Below, piece after piece: positions 12,442-23,450 of a DNA stretch of 64,000 nucleotides (its first letter is position 1; the number at the start of each line of letters is the position of its first letter). The stretch comes from an uncultured Planctomycetota bacterium (lineage in GTDB: Bacteria > Planctomycetota > Planctomycetia > Isosphaerales > Isosphaeraceae): positions 1,088,001-1,152,000 of the forward strand of contig CAWGMQ010000010.1 of assembly GCA_963823665.1 (NCBI GenBank), written 5' to 3'. The translations under genes were made by a program, and so were the position numbers. The notes under the pieces are model-generated. The model was not told the origin of the DNA. It saw nothing but the letters and a program-made list of their open reading frames with translations, and ran no database searches.

Positions 12442-14685
12442 TTGAGGCTCCACGTGCAGTTGAACCCGGCATCGTTGCCGTTCTTCGTGGCTGCGGCCCT
12501 GTCGGGCTGGCTGGTCGTTCTTGCCTGGCCGCGGCGCAACGAGCCTGCGGCGCCTCCCCTCCTCTCGCTGGTCCTGTTCGAAGGGCTCTGGGCCTTGTGC
12601 GAGGCGCTCGAAGCAGTCCTGCTCGACCCGTCGGCGAAGGCCGTGATCTACGGCTTGAAGCTCTCGTCGGTGGCCCTCGTGCCGCCTTCGCTCCTCTTCT
12701 TCATCCTGGAGTACACGGGCCGAACCGGCGCAGCGCCACCGCGCTTCAAAGTGCTGATCCTGGCGGTGCCTGCGATTTCCATCAGCCTGATCGCAACGTC
12801 CGGGGAACACCGGCTGTTCCTGGCGGGCATGGAACAGGTCGATGTCGGAGGCTACCAATTGCTGAGCCCCAGGTACGGCCCTGCGTTCTGGATTCACACG
12901 AGCTATTCCTATGCCCTCTTGTGCTTGTCTGCGTGGCTGCTCGCCCGCTCGGCGCTGGCACTGGGCGGGGTGCTCAGGAAGCAGATGCTGTTCTTGTCGG
13001 CATGCCTGCTCATCCCCCTGGTCATCAACGTAGCGGACATGCTGAAGATCATCCCGCTACCCTATCGAGAGTATGACCTGACGGCAGCCACGTTCGTGGT
13101 GACGGGCGTGCTCGGCTTTGTGCTGTTGCGGCGGTTCCACCTCATCAACGTCGCTCCCGTCAGCTATTCACTGGTTGTGCAGGAGATGCTCGACGCGATC
13201 ATCGTGCTTGACGCCTCGCGGCGAATCGCGGGCGTGAACCGCGCTGCCCTTCGCCTGATGAGGCGCCTTGATAAGGACATCATCGGACTCCCCAGCGAAT
13301 TGATTCCGGCATGGCTGCAGATCCCCGAGCACCTTTCGCGACTGGAAGGAGCCGCCGAGCTGTCGTATCGCCTCGGTGTGGACTCGCGCGATTCCGGGTA
13401 CGTCTACGATGTCCGAGTCTCTCGTTTTCCGCACGGCCGCGAACCGGGATGGCTGATCATCATTCGCGACATCTCGGCCCAATCGCGGGCGGAATCAGAG
13501 CAGACTGCCCGGATCGCGGCCGAGCAGGCCAATCTGGCCAAGGACGCATTCCTGGCCAAGCTGGGCCATGAGTTGCGGACACCGCTGACGCCGGTGCTGG
13601 CGATTGTTTCCGGCGCCCTCGATCAAGGCCCGGTCGCTGCGGAATTGCGATCCTCCCTCGAGATCGTGCAGAGAAATGTCCGTCTCGAGGCGCGTTTGAT
13701 CGACGACCTGCTCGACCAGAGCTTGATATCGCTGGGGAAGCTGCGGCTGCGGACGGAGCTCGTCGATGCGCATGTGCTCCTCCGTCAGAGTCTGGAGGAC
13801 TGCGCACCGTTCCTCCGGGAGGCCAACCTCATCGCGCGGCTCGATCTCTCCGCGACGGATAGCCGGATCGCCGCCGACCCCGGCCGACTCGGGCAAGTCT
13901 TCTGGAACCTGATCACCAACGCGGCGAGAAACTCGCCTGCTGGACGTCAGCTCACGATCCGCACGCGAAACAACCCGCCAGGCTCCCTCGCGATCGAATT
14001 CCAGGACGAGGGCCGCGGCCTCAAGGCTTCGCAGTTGGACGAGATCTTCGAGCCTTTCATCCAGGGCACAGCCGATGGTGCCGAACGACGTCCGGGCCTG
14101 GGCCTGGGGCTATCGATCGGCCGGTGGATCGTCGAAGCCCACGGGGGAACGCTTGTTGCGGAGAGTCCGGGCCCCGGGAGAGGATCCACTTTCCGAATCG
14201 TCCTGCGTACCGCAGATGTCACCGAGGTCACGACGCTCGATCAACCGAGGGCGAGCGGCGCGACCGCCCTTCTGCCCGCCGCGGTCGAGCCCGACGGGGA
14301 CGGCAAGTCCCGGATGGCCACAACGATCCTCCTGGTTGAGGACAATCCCGATTCCCTGCGCGCCCTCTCGATGTCGCTGTCGCTGCTCGGCTACAAGGTT
14401 CGACCTGCAAACAGCCTGAGAACGGCTTTGGCCGCCGCCGAGAATGGAGGATACGATCTGATCTTGAGCGACCTTGAACTGGGCGACGGGACGGGCCTTG
14501 AGCTATTGCGTTCGATGGGCCCGGGGCGTTCCGCCCCGGCGATCGCCATCACTGGTTACGGCTCCGAGGAAGACCGGCAGATGTGCCTGGAGGCGGGCTT
14601 CGTGACGCACCTGATCAAGCCGGTTGAGACCAGGCAACTGGACGAGGCGATTCGGAGTGTCATCCAAAAGCATTCGATCAATTAG
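12442..14685 (+). CDS. Hybrid sensor histidine kinase (7TM N-terminus, PAS, HisKA, HATPase, receiver)
   Basis: Seven hydrophobic segments; GHELRTPL, NLITNA, DEGRG, GLGLGL boxes; LLVEDN...LSDLEL...KP receiver. Confidence 0.93.
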   Translation: MRLHVQLNPASLPFFVAAALSGWLVVLAWPRRNEPAAPPLLSLVLFEGLWALCEALEAVLLDPSAKAVIYGLKLSSVALVPPSLLFFILEYTGRTGAAPPRFKVLILAVPAISISLIATSGEHRLFLAGMEQVDVGGYQLLSPRYGPAFWIHTSYSYALLCLSAWLLARSALALGGVLRKQMLFLSACLLIPLVINVADMLKIIPLPYREYDLTAATFVVTGVLGFVLLRRFHLINVAPVSYSLVVQEMLDAIIVLDASRRIAGVNRAALRLMRRLDKDIIGLPSELIPAWLQIPEHLSRLEGAAELSYRLGVDSRDSGYVYDVRVSRFPHGREPGWLIIIRDISAQSRAESEQTARIAAEQANLAKDAFLAKLGHELRTPLTPVLAIVSGALDQGPVAAELRSSLEIVQRNVRLEARLIDDLLDQSLISLGKLRLRTELVDAHVLLRQSLEDCAPFLREANLIARLDLSATDSRIAADPGRLGQVFWNLITNAARNSPAGRQLTIRTRNNPPGSLAIEFQDEGRGLKASQLDEIFEPFIQGTADGAERRPGLGLGLSIGRWIVEAHGGTLVAESPGPGRGSTFRIVLRTADVTEVTTLDQPRASGATALLPAAVEPDGDGKSRMATTILLVEDNPDSLRALSMSLSLLGYKVRPANSLRTALAAAENGGYDLILSDLELGDGTGLELLRSMGPGRSAPAIAITGYGSEEDRQMCLEAGFVTHLIKPVETRQLDEAIRSVIQKHSIN

Positions 14686-14865
14686 CCGGAGTGATCACAC
14701 ACCCACGCCTCCGAGCCTTCCTGCCTCGTGTCGCCGGCGAACGACGCGCTATTTCGAGACGATGGGTGGCCGGGTGTTTGGCTGGCAACGCGTGGAGCCC
14801 GAGCCCGGCGCAACGTATGATGCGCACTGGCTCATGGAATATTCCACTTCCACAAGGCATGTAAG

Positions 14866-15999
14866 ATGAAAGCCACGAGCAAGCTCCGAAGCGCCGCGCA
14901 CCTGGCCATGGTTCTGATGACAGTCACCGCATCCTCGGGTGCACAAGAGGTAACCCGTTGGGCAGGTGAGGCGGAAGGCTTCCTCAATCGCCGACCGGAC
15001 CCGGCGATTTCGGGGACAAGCCTTCGGGGCGTGCGTTCGATACGACTCGCAGGTCAATCCCCGACCGCCGGCGCCAGGCGCGGCAATCGCGGCAAGACCG
15101 CGAATTCGCCCAACCCCGCCTCGAAGCTCGATGGCCGAATCATGTTCCACCGCTACTCGAATTACGATGCCTGGGACGGCCGCCTCTATCTGTACGACTT
15201 CAGGACGAAGCGGCTCAGATGCCTCAGCGAACTCTGGGAGATCGACCACGCCATCAACGGCAATTTCTCCCCTGACGGCAAACAGATCGTCTTCATGGGA
15301 GTTCCTCGAGGCCAACATCGCGGCGATGCGTGGAATGTCTACCTGTGGAAAGTGGACAGCCGGGCGAAACCCATCAATCTCACCGAGGAAGCCGGCACGC
15401 GAGATGAGGATCCACGGTTCGCACCGGACGGCAAGCGAATCGTCTTCAAGCACGATGGCGAGCTGCGGATCATGGATCTCACGACCCGGGAGATCGAGTC
15501 CATTCCGTTTGGCGGTGCGAGAGCCGAGCGATCGATGCCGATGTTCACGCCGGATGGCGAACAAATCATCTACGCCGAGGGAGCACGCAAAGATTCGGAT
15601 CTGTTTCTGGTCGAGGTAGCCAACGGCACGCGGCGCCCTCTCGCGATCGAGCCGGAGCTCCAGGAATACTTCCCTGTGCCGCTTGACGCCTCCCACTTGC
15701 TATACGTGCGCTGGACGAGCCGGGCAGACCATCACGATCAGGTCTGGATCAGTTCGCTGGATGGTCGAACACGCGGGCCGCTCCCTTTCAATCAGCCCGG
15801 GTCGAACAGCTCCGACCCTTATCCTATTGACGACCGCCTCGTCGTCTTTTCGAGCACTCGCGCAGGAGGGCAGGGCGGGTATGACCTGTATCTTGGCGAT
15901 CGAGAGGATGGAGCAAGCTGGTCGCTCTCCTCGCTGGGAATCAACAGCGGTCAGGAAGAGCTGGGTGTGTGCTACGATCGAGGGCCGGTGAAGAAGTAA
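14866..15999 (+). CDS. TolB-like PD40 beta-propeller protein
   Basis: Repeated FSPDGKQIVF / PRFAPDGKRIVF / FTPDGEQIIY motifs. Confidence 0.8.
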   Translation: MKATSKLRSAAHLAMVLMTVTASSGAQEVTRWAGEAEGFLNRRPDPAISGTSLRGVRSIRLAGQSPTAGARRGNRGKTANSPNPASKLDGRIMFHRYSNYDAWDGRLYLYDFRTKRLRCLSELWEIDHAINGNFSPDGKQIVFMGVPRGQHRGDAWNVYLWKVDSRAKPINLTEEAGTRDEDPRFAPDGKRIVFKHDGELRIMDLTTREIESIPFGGARAERSMPMFTPDGEQIIYAEGARKDSDLFLVEVANGTRRPLAIEPELQEYFPVPLDASHLLYVRWTSRADHHDQVWISSLDGRTRGPLPFNQPGSNSSDPYPIDDRLVVFSSTRAGGQGGYDLYLGDREDGASWSLSSLGINSGQEELGVCYDRGPVKK

Positions 16000-16550
16000 T
16001 GAGTCTCAGCGAGCCTTCAAGTAGCCCACGTAATCGAGACTACTATCGAATCCGCTGGCGGAGAGAATCTCGCCCTGAACGGCCGCGCGAAGCTTGCCCT
16101 TGAGCCGTCGCGCTCAAGCTTCAGGCGACGGCATCGGCGGTTCGGTTCCTGCGAACCACGCCGTGCAACTGAGGACTGTCGCCAGTTCCGGCGCTCCCTG
16201 CGAGGCGTCATGGGTCGCCTCGCACCGCGGCCAAGCCTGCGGCGTGGACCAGCCGGGCTTTTCGACGCGGCCGATGCAGGTCGAGCGACATACGTCTTTG
16301 ACGCGTGCCGGGCTTGACGGACTTATTGGAAGTTGTCACTCCGGAGATGACCATCTTTCGGTCGCTGGCTCGATCAGAGGATTAACTCGGTGAGCCTTTC
16401 ATTCTTCGACGGCTTCGAAGCGCTTTATGGATGTCGAACGCGTGCTAGCCGAAGTTGCGCGACTGGATCCGTGAAGCCGATGGAAACGTCTGGCACCAGC
16501 CCGCGCCCGGTTCCGAAAACATTCGGATTTTTGAACAACAGGAGCATGAT

Positions 16551-18122
16551 ATGCCCGCGAAATGGACAACAATCTCGCTACCCAATAATTCGGCAGGCTT
16601 GCCGTTCACCGCTGACACGATGATTCTGCTCACCGATGGCTCGGTACTGATCCACCACGCCGAAAATCCGGCGCCGCAAAAAGACTGGTTGCGGTACAGT
16701 CCGGATCCAAAAATGGGATACGCAGCCGGTCAGTGGAGTCAAACGCCAATCACGATGACCCACGCGCGGCAATTCTTCTCTTCCGGTGTGCTGAAGGATG
16801 GACGCGTCTTCGCGATCGGCGGCGAGTATTCCGATGCCGGCGACGACAGTCCGCTCGGTGAAATCTTCGACCCAGTAACCAACGTGTGGTCACCGCTGAA
16901 TAAGCCCTCGACCTTCAACTACATCCAGGGAGACATTGCGGCGAGCGTACTCGCCGATGGGCGAGTCATCATGGGCGCGATCCTGGCGCAGCCGACTGCA
17001 CTAGGTTCGGCTACAGCGAATTCGGCCATCTGGGATCCGGCAGCGAACACCTGGACGCAAGCCGGGACCCATTTTGGCACGACTGGCGATACCAAGGACG
17101 GCATTCCAACCGATGAAGAAACCTGGACCCTTCTGGCCGATGGCAGCCTGTTGACCGTGGAAGTTTCGCCGACCAAGGGCGGAGCAAACGCGGCGGAGAG
17201 ATACCTTCCTGCGACCGATGAATGGGTGAAGGCCGGCAACACTCCGCATCCGCTGGTGGTCGCGTCCATCAAGGGCACCTCGGTCGAGGAGATTGGCCCG
17301 GCGATCCTGCTCCCGGATGGAAAGCTCTTTGCAATCGGTGCGACGGGGAACACCGCGATCTTCAATCTGCGCACAGGCACGTGGACGCAGGGACCAAGCT
17401 TCCCCAAGGACACGAGCGCCTCGCCGCTCCAAACGCTTCAGACCGCGATCGACGCACCGGCCGTGCTGCAGCCGAGCGGCAAGGTCATTTGCGTGGCGGG
17501 GAACACCATCAGCGAGACGTCTAACGGCCAAGTCAGCTATTGGTCGAACCCGACGACGTTTTATGAGTTCGATCCGAAGACGTTCAACGCGGCGAACCCG
17601 GGAACTTTGCCGCAGCTCGCGGTGCAGCCTCCCATCGGCTCGAACAGCGGCGATACATGGGAGGCTCGCTTTCTGCTTCTGCCGACCGGCGAGGTTCTCT
17701 ACTCGGCACAATCCAACGCGATTTATCTCTATACGCCAGACCCGGCCGACACTCCCGACCCGTCGTGGAAGCCGGTCATCGCGACATTTCCGTCGACCAT
17801 GGCGCCGGGCCAGGTGTACACGATCACGGGTACGCAATTCAACGGTCTCTCGCAAGCCTGCAGTTACGGCGACGATGCGCAGATGAGCACAAACTATCCC
17901 ATTGTGCGGCTAACCAGCACCACGGACCGGTCGGTTGTTTATTTGCGCACGTTCAACTTCTCGATCATGGGCGTCGCAACAGGCTCAACAGTCGTGAGCA
18001 CGAATGTCGAGGTTCCACGATCCATCGCCCCGGGGCAGTGGAATATGGCAGTGATCGCGAACGGAATCGCATCGGACCCGTATCTCGTTTGTGTCGCCCT
18101 TTCGAGTTGGCCAGCGCGCTGA
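16551..18122 (+). CDS. Kelch-repeat beta-propeller protein with C-terminal Ig-like domain
   Basis: Repeated L[LA]xDG[RSK]V and DPxTNxW motifs; GGAG RBS before ATG 16551. Confidence 0.78.
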   Translation: MPAKWTTISLPNNSAGLPFTADTMILLTDGSVLIHHAENPAPQKDWLRYSPDPKMGYAAGQWSQTPITMTHARQFFSSGVLKDGRVFAIGGEYSDAGDDSPLGEIFDPVTNVWSPLNKPSTFNYIQGDIAASVLADGRVIMGAILAQPTALGSATANSAIWDPAANTWTQAGTHFGTTGDTKDGIPTDEETWTLLADGSLLTVEVSPTKGGANAAERYLPATDEWVKAGNTPHPLVVASIKGTSVEEIGPAILLPDGKLFAIGATGNTAIFNLRTGTWTQGPSFPKDTSASPLQTLQTAIDAPAVLQPSGKVICVAGNTISETSNGQVSYWSNPTTFYEFDPKTFNAANPGTLPQLAVQPPIGSNSGDTWEARFLLLPTGEVLYSAQSNAIYLYTPDPADTPDPSWKPVIATFPSTMAPGQVYTITGTQFNGLSQACSYGDDAQMSTNYPIVRLTSTTDRSVVYLRTFNFSIMGVATGSTVVSTNVEVPRSIAPGQWNMAVIANGIASDPYLVCVALSSWPAR

Positions 18123-18283
18123 ACTGGGACCGCCGGCTGCTGGTCGGTGACACCGCTCCCGAAGCGGAATCGCTGAAGCCCGGGAAGTTCCGGGGGGGGC
18201 GAGACTCCCGCTATCGACCACGCTTCGGTCGTGCGCTGGGACATCGCCCTCCTCTTGCCGCCGCGAGCTGGCTCGGCGAGAGC

Positions 18284-19564
18284 TTAACTCGAGGTCGAGT
18301 TAATTCGTGGCGGCGAGCATTGTTTGAGGAACTCCCGACCGCGTTTTGTCAGGACGTACTTGACGCTGACCCCATCGTCTTTATCGCGTTCGCGCACGAT
18401 AAGCCCAAGATCGTTCATGCGAGAAATCGCACCTGTCCGCTGCGACGCGAAAAACGACTTGCTGAGCTCCTGGGCACGGCTATCGTCCACGTACGCTTTG
18501 AGCGCTTTGTCGATCTTCTCGGGAGTTTTTTTTTGGGCCGCAACGGCTTCCAGGATCGCGCGGAAGGCGAAAACCTCATTTGGTACCGACCTGATGATGT
18601 GGTCGAGAAGGATCTTCTGCTCCGTCGGTGAAAACTTCTGGGTGGTATCAGATACCGAAGAGTCGAGCACCGGGTTCTTTAGCCTGGCAAATTCCCAGGC
18701 CACGCGCGTCGGAACGATCAATTTGTCGTCCTTTCTTGTTGTCACGACGCTCACGAACTTCAGGTCCCACATGAGCCCGGAAAGTTTCCCTCCGCCGTCC
18801 CGGTAGACGACGAATTGTCTGGCGTAGCGTGACCTCCCCTTGTGAGCGTCTTCGCCGGTGGTCCTCGGAAACGCGGTCGCCAACGCGTCGTCCCGCGATC
18901 GCTCTCGAGACCTGTCCAGCATCGCGAGGTAGTCGCCGAGTTTCGCGGCTTCTTCGGCGACACGGTTCGCCGTCTCACGGATCTCAAGGATGGGGAAACC
19001 CTTCGGGTGTTCCTCAACGAACAGCCGGATGAGCGCCCGAGCGTTCGCTTTTGCCGGCAGGAGTCGGTTGTACTGGCCGAGAACCCAGTGGTCTAACAGA
19101 ACGCGTTGCCCCGGACGCAACTTATCCGTGGGGAGACGAACCAATCCGTTTGGTGGCTCCATTGGAAACCTGTATAGCTTGAATGAATCGGGAACAGCAA
19201 GGTGCCGGGCGGAACTTGCGACCGCCGCCGGACGACTCTCATCGCCCTTTATCGAGTTGTTCGGGATGTCGGTTTCGTTGCGCCGAGTTCCTCGTTCGGC
19301 CTCAGGCACGAGTACCGGTGCCGTTGGCCCTGGCTCGCCCATCACGGCCATGAACGAGACCGCCCCGTCTGGCGAGGTCAGTTTCTGCTGGGGCGCGGAG
19401 CGATTGATGACAATCGGCCCTGTCTCCGCAACTTCTTGCTCCATGAGGGCTTGGTTTCTGACTGCGGCGACAATCACCTCTCCGTAGTCGCGGTATGATC
19501 CCTTCGCAACCAATCGATCCAGCTCGTCTCTCGTTGCCGATGGACACTCGAAGCAGATGATCAT
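18284..19564 (-). CDS. Hypothetical protein with N-terminal RHH-like and C-terminal winged-helix-like segments
   Basis: MIICFECPSATRDELDRLVAKGSYRDYGEVIVAAVR resembles ParD/CopG-type RHH; GAISRMNDLGLIVRE...YVLTKRG resembles wHTH; long open ORF. Confidence 0.6.
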   Translation of the reverse strand: MIICFECPSATRDELDRLVAKGSYRDYGEVIVAAVRNQALMEQEVAETGPIVINRSAPQQKLTSPDGAVSFMAVMGEPGPTAPVLVPEAERGTRRNETDIPNNSIKGDESRPAAVASSARHLAVPDSFKLYRFPMEPPNGLVRLPTDKLRPGQRVLLDHWVLGQYNRLLPAKANARALIRLFVEEHPKGFPILEIRETANRVAEEAAKLGDYLAMLDRSRERSRDDALATAFPRTTGEDAHKGRSRYARQFVVYRDGGGKLSGLMWDLKFVSVVTTRKDDKLIVPTRVAWEFARLKNPVLDSSVSDTTQKFSPTEQKILLDHIIRSVPNEVFAFRAILEAVAAQKKTPEKIDKALKAYVDDSRAQELSKSFFASQRTGAISRMNDLGLIVRERDKDDGVSVKYVLTKRGREFLKQCSPPRINSTSS

Positions 19565-19614
19565 CTGACAGTCCTTTGCACCGCTCCAGAGCATGATTCC
19601 GCTTCAAAGCATTC

Positions 19615-19718
19615 TTACAGCAAAGGAATTCACGGTCCATGTCACTTCGCCAAACTGGCTACAGTAAAGTCGGAAACGAAAATGGTGTGCTTACTGTAAT
19701 CCGCTGTTCTACAGTAAA
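19615..19718. promoter_or_regulatory. Array of TACAG(T/C)AA boxes including a perfect 8-bp inverted repeat (putative operator)
   Basis: ttacagcaaa 19615, ctacagtaaa 19659, ttactgta-N11-tacagtaa 19691-19717. Confidence 0.5.
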
Positions 19719-20053
19719 CGGATGGGCGAGCAGCTACGTTTCACTGCAACGCTTGGCCGCCAACTTTGAAATCCAAAGGAGTCGGCTTGACCAAAACGTT
19801 CCGGCCGAATATCGTTCGGGGCTGATGAGTGTCGCGAGACGATTCCGGACTGCCCGAATCATCTCAAGTGTTGCCTTCCCGCATGCGGGATTACCTGTCG
19901 GCGAGTTGCGCTTTCTTAGGAAACAAGGACTGCAAGCGTACCCACGATGCGAAGGCAACGCTCAAGAGTTTCAGACTCCATCAGCGAATGAGAGGGAATG
20001 GTCGGGTCCACGATCTGTCCTGCCACGACATCAACAACAAGGAGGAATAAACG

Positions 20054-20398
20054 ATGCTCGTTCGCAAAGTACAATTCGATCGCGCAGGCTGGGGCAAAGA
20101 CGCCTTCCGTTGCAGGTGTGGGGATTGGTCGTTTCTGATGATGTTCAGAGCGGGGCGTCCGATTACCCCGGTTGTGTTCGTCGACGGCGCAGAGATCTCG
20201 TTCCCATTTTTTTCCGAAGACCAACCTGTGCGCATCACGCGATATGGATGCACATTTGAGCTGGCCGCACTCCGCGGGCGGCGCGTCGGCCTGACGGGCG
20301 ACGGATGGGAGTTCGATCGTATTGAATCGCGATTTTGCACGCGCCGCGACGAGAAGCGGATCACGTCAACCAAGAAACTCCACCGCCCCGCTGGATAA
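20054..20398 (+). CDS. Hypothetical protein
   Basis: Strong AAGGAGG RBS before ATG; no recognisable motif. Confidence 0.45.
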   Translation: MLVRKVQFDRAGWGKDAFRCRCGDWSFLMMFRAGRPITPVVFVDGAEISFPFFSEDQPVRITRYGCTFELAALRGRRVGLTGDGWEFDRIESRFCTRRDEKRITSTKKLHRPAG

Positions 20399-20445
20399 GG
20401 GGACGAAGGGTACCTGCGGCTGGTGGCAGCGGCGCGGAACGTAAT

Positions 20446-20550
20446 TGGAGCGGGCATGGTCATTTCTTCGCGGCGGCGGCCACCGCCATGCGGCACATCC
20501 TGGTCGAGCGCGCCCCCAAGAAGCAACGCGTGATCCACGGCGGCGGCCGC
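20446..20550 (+). pseudogene. Internal fragment of a planctomycete ECF-type sigma factor
   Basis: WSGHGHFFAAAATAMRHILVERA.K...HGGG resembles the conserved core of that family; no start or C-terminus. Confidence 0.6.
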
Positions 20551-21023
20551 CGGCCAGGTTCAGGGAACACCATACATAACTCAGCGCCGCCCCCGGGCCC
20601 TGGTAGCCTGCCTCTGTTTCCGTCTTTGAAAAAAATAAAGAAGTCTGGAAGCCACTAGCCTATGGACCACGCTGGCAACCGCCGTAAAGTGGTAGTCAGG
20701 ATCAACTCGGGCTACGGGCACGAACGGAAAGCCGACACTGGGCTCTGAGCGGGCTCAAATCGTTGCCGTTCGGTCGGGACTCTCGTCGCAAATCACATCG
20801 CAGAATGCAAATGCGTTGCGCCTGAATTCTTCAACACGGCGAATCAGCAGAATCCGGCTGCGTCGCTGGTGTTGCAAAACCTGAGAGTTTTGCGAGGCGT
20901 CACCCGTCCACTTCCGCTCTGTCGGTTTCTTGTTCGATTACTGCCGGTACCCGAAATCCACCAGGTCGTGGGTGGTTTTGAAAAGCGCCCATGAGTGGCT
21001 GGCGTTTAGCGCCGGGTGCGACC

Positions 21024-22200
21024 ATGTTCGCAAGAGTTCTCCATAGACCGGCATTCGCGATCGTCATCTCTATCGTCCTCTTATTCCTGGGGATGCTGGG
21101 GATCAAGAACCTTCCGATCGCGCAGTTCCCCGACATCGCGCCGCCGACCGTCATGGTTTCCATTTCTTATCCCGGCGCCAGCGCAAATGTCCTGGTCGAA
21201 TCGGTTCTGATTCCGCTTGAGCAATCGATCAACGGCGTTCAGAACATGCGCTTCATTACCTCCTCCGCCATCAGTGCCGGCGAGGCAGCGATCATCATCT
21301 ACTTCGAGCCGGGCACGGACCCAAACATCAATGTCGTGAACGTGCAAAACCGGGTCAACATCGTGCTGTTCCAGCTCCCGCCCCTGGTGGTGCGGGACGG
21401 GATCCTCGTGAGCCAAGTCGTGCCGAGCATGCTGATGTACGTGAACATCTTCAGCACGGATCCAGACGCCGACCAGAAAGACCTTTTCAACTTTGCCAAC
21501 GTCTACGTCATGCCCCGGCTCAAGCGGATCAAAGGCATGGGCATCCCCAGGAATCTCGGCAATCGCATCTTTGCCATGCGGGTTTGGCTGAATCCCGACC
21601 GGATGCGTGCCTACAAATTGTTGATCTCGAAGAAAAATGCCGCCGGTTGAGCAACGTGAAGCTCGAGTTCTTTGAACCGCCCGCGGTTCCCGGCTTTGGC
21701 ACCGCCGGGGGTATCTCCATGCTCGTCCTGGACAAGACGTTCTCCGCTGATTACCAGCGGCTTGGAGAGGTGACCGAGAAGTTCATGGCCGCCCTGAAAA
21801 AGCGCAAGGAGGTGACGAACCTGTTCACCTTCTACGCCGCCAACTATCCGCAGTACGGAGCTGGTCATCAACAACGACATGGCCATGCAGAAGGGCGTGT
21901 CGCTCCACGAGGCGGCCGTCGCAGGCGCAAAACTGCGCTTCCGGCCGATTCAGATGACCTCCTTCGCCTTCATCGCTGGTCTGCTTCCGCTGGTCGTGGC
22001 TACCGGCGCCGGGGCGATCGGAAACCGCACAATTGGCACCGCCGCAGCCGGCGGGATGCTCACGGGCACCTTGATTGGGGTTTTAGTCATTCCCGGCCTT
22101 TATTACTTGTTCGGTCGGATTGCCGACAAGCGGAACCTGATCAGCGACGAGGCGGACGAGCCTCTTAGTGAGGTTTTCGAACGCCAAGCAAACGAAGCAC
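21024..22200 (+). pseudogene. HAE1/AcrB-type RND permease with two large internal deletions
   Basis: N-terminus (LPIAQFPDIAPP...AMRVWLNPD), mid segment (FEPPAVPGFG) and C-terminus (LRFRPIQMTSFAF) compressed into ~1.2 kb. Confidence 0.85.
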
Positions 22201-22315
22201 ACGGTGGCGAGCGCACACACGATCGCGTTAGCAATGGTTTGCCGCTTCGCTGCGAAATCGCCGAATCTCCTGCATCGCTATTTTCCAAGGCCGTAATTCG
22301 ACGCCCGTTCCCCCT

Positions 22316-22382
22316 GGAAATCCCTGAGAGTACGGAAGAAAAGTCAACAGAGGAAATCCCTGAGAGTACGGAAGAAAAGTCA
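22316..22382. repeat. Exact 31-bp direct repeat (period 36)
   Basis: ggaaatccctgagagtacggaagaaaagtca x2, separated by acaga. Confidence 0.9.
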
Positions 22383-22440
22383 TCCGACGCGAGGCGTGTC
22401 CTGCCCGGTGAAGAACCAGTCTCGAACAGAAGCCAACGAA

Positions 22441-22548
22441 ATGAACGAGTCGTTTCGCAGACTCGCCGAGGAGAGCCGACGGGAAGCGGATGAGGGTCGC
22501 GGCTCGACGCTGGCCGACGTTCGCAAGAGACTTGAGGCTTCCTCGTAA
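22441..22548 (+). pseudogene. Antitoxin-like C-terminal remnant
   Basis: MNESFRRLAEESRREADEGRGSTLADVRKRLEASS* resembles antitoxin C-termini. Confidence 0.35.
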
Positions 22549-22748
22549 ACCGGAGCTTCCCGGTCTCCGCGACCGATCAAGCCGCCAATCGTCTTGCCCA
22601 GTCTTCGACGTGGGTCGAACTTAGGACGTCTCCTGAAGTCAGGACCGGTTCTCGATCCAAGAAGAATGGATGCTTGGCAAGGGTCGCTTCGCGCCAGGGA
22701 AGGGCGGGTGTCTGGCATCCCCCGACTTGCTCTTGTGATATTATCGTC

Positions 22749-22798
22749 GCATTGGGCTGATACTGCCAGTACTGTTCCCAGTTTGTTCCCAAATTGAC
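22749..22798 (-). repeat. Arm-only copy of the tRNA-Leu att-like repeat
   Basis: gcattgggctgatactgccagtactgttcccagtttgttcccaaat matches 36379-36424 gcattgggctgatattgccagttctgttaccaatttgtcgccaaat. Confidence 0.7.
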
Positions 22799-23216
22799 CG
22801 CATGGCGATAGCGGTGGCGTTCGGGCAAGATGGACGCCAAGCACGACCGCGGCCCATGACCATCAATGAACTCCGACGTGGGCTAAACATCTGATGTCGA
22901 CCAACGACCCTGACTTCTACGATGCTCGTAAGTTTTCGCCGGAACCTTCCGCTGCGGCGCCCCGCCAGCACGGGTGCCTTTACGGGTGCTTTTTCCACGG
23001 GTGTCTCATCGTGAGTATCCTGGCGCTGCTCTATGTGATCATCGCGTTGTTCCTCTTATGGGGTCATTCGTCTGGAAGACTTGGTGATTAGTCATTGATC
23101 ATTGACAGATGGGGATGAGCACGCCAGGAGACCGAAATCCTTTCCTCTCGACAAAGCCTCCGACTCGTGATAGCATTTCGCTATCGTTCCTTCTACAGAC
23201 GCCCCGGGAGGTATTT

Positions 23217-23450
23217 ATGGGCCAGGTCTTGGTACGTGGACTGGACGACACCGTGATCGAGCGACTCAGGCAGCGAGCCGAAAGTCATCATCGCTCGCTG
23301 GAAGCTGAGTTGCGGGAGATCCTGGAGCAAGTGTCGCGGCAAGTTGATGTCGCGACGGCGCGGGATCTGGCTGATCGAATCCGCAGCAGGCTCGAGGGTC
23401 GTCTCCATAGTGATAGTGCGGAATTGATCCGCGAGGATCGCGAGCGATGA
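23217..23450 (+). CDS. FitA/Arc-like RHH antitoxin
   Basis: MGQVLVRGLDDTVIERLRQRAESHHRSLEAELREIL; ends DSAELIREDRER; overlaps toxin start (ATGA). Confidence 0.85.
   Translation: MGQVLVRGLDDTVIERLRQRAESHHRSLEAELREILEQVSRQVDVATARDLADRIRSRLEGRLHSDSAELIREDRER

Noticed and set aside
22316..22382. Mini CRISPR array
   Set aside because: Only two repeats with a 5-nt spacer and no cas genes.
22608..22660. Fifth tRNA fragment ahead of the arm-only repeat (aggaccggttctcgatcc)
   Set aside because: Similarity is too weak and the anticodon stem-loop is not preserved.
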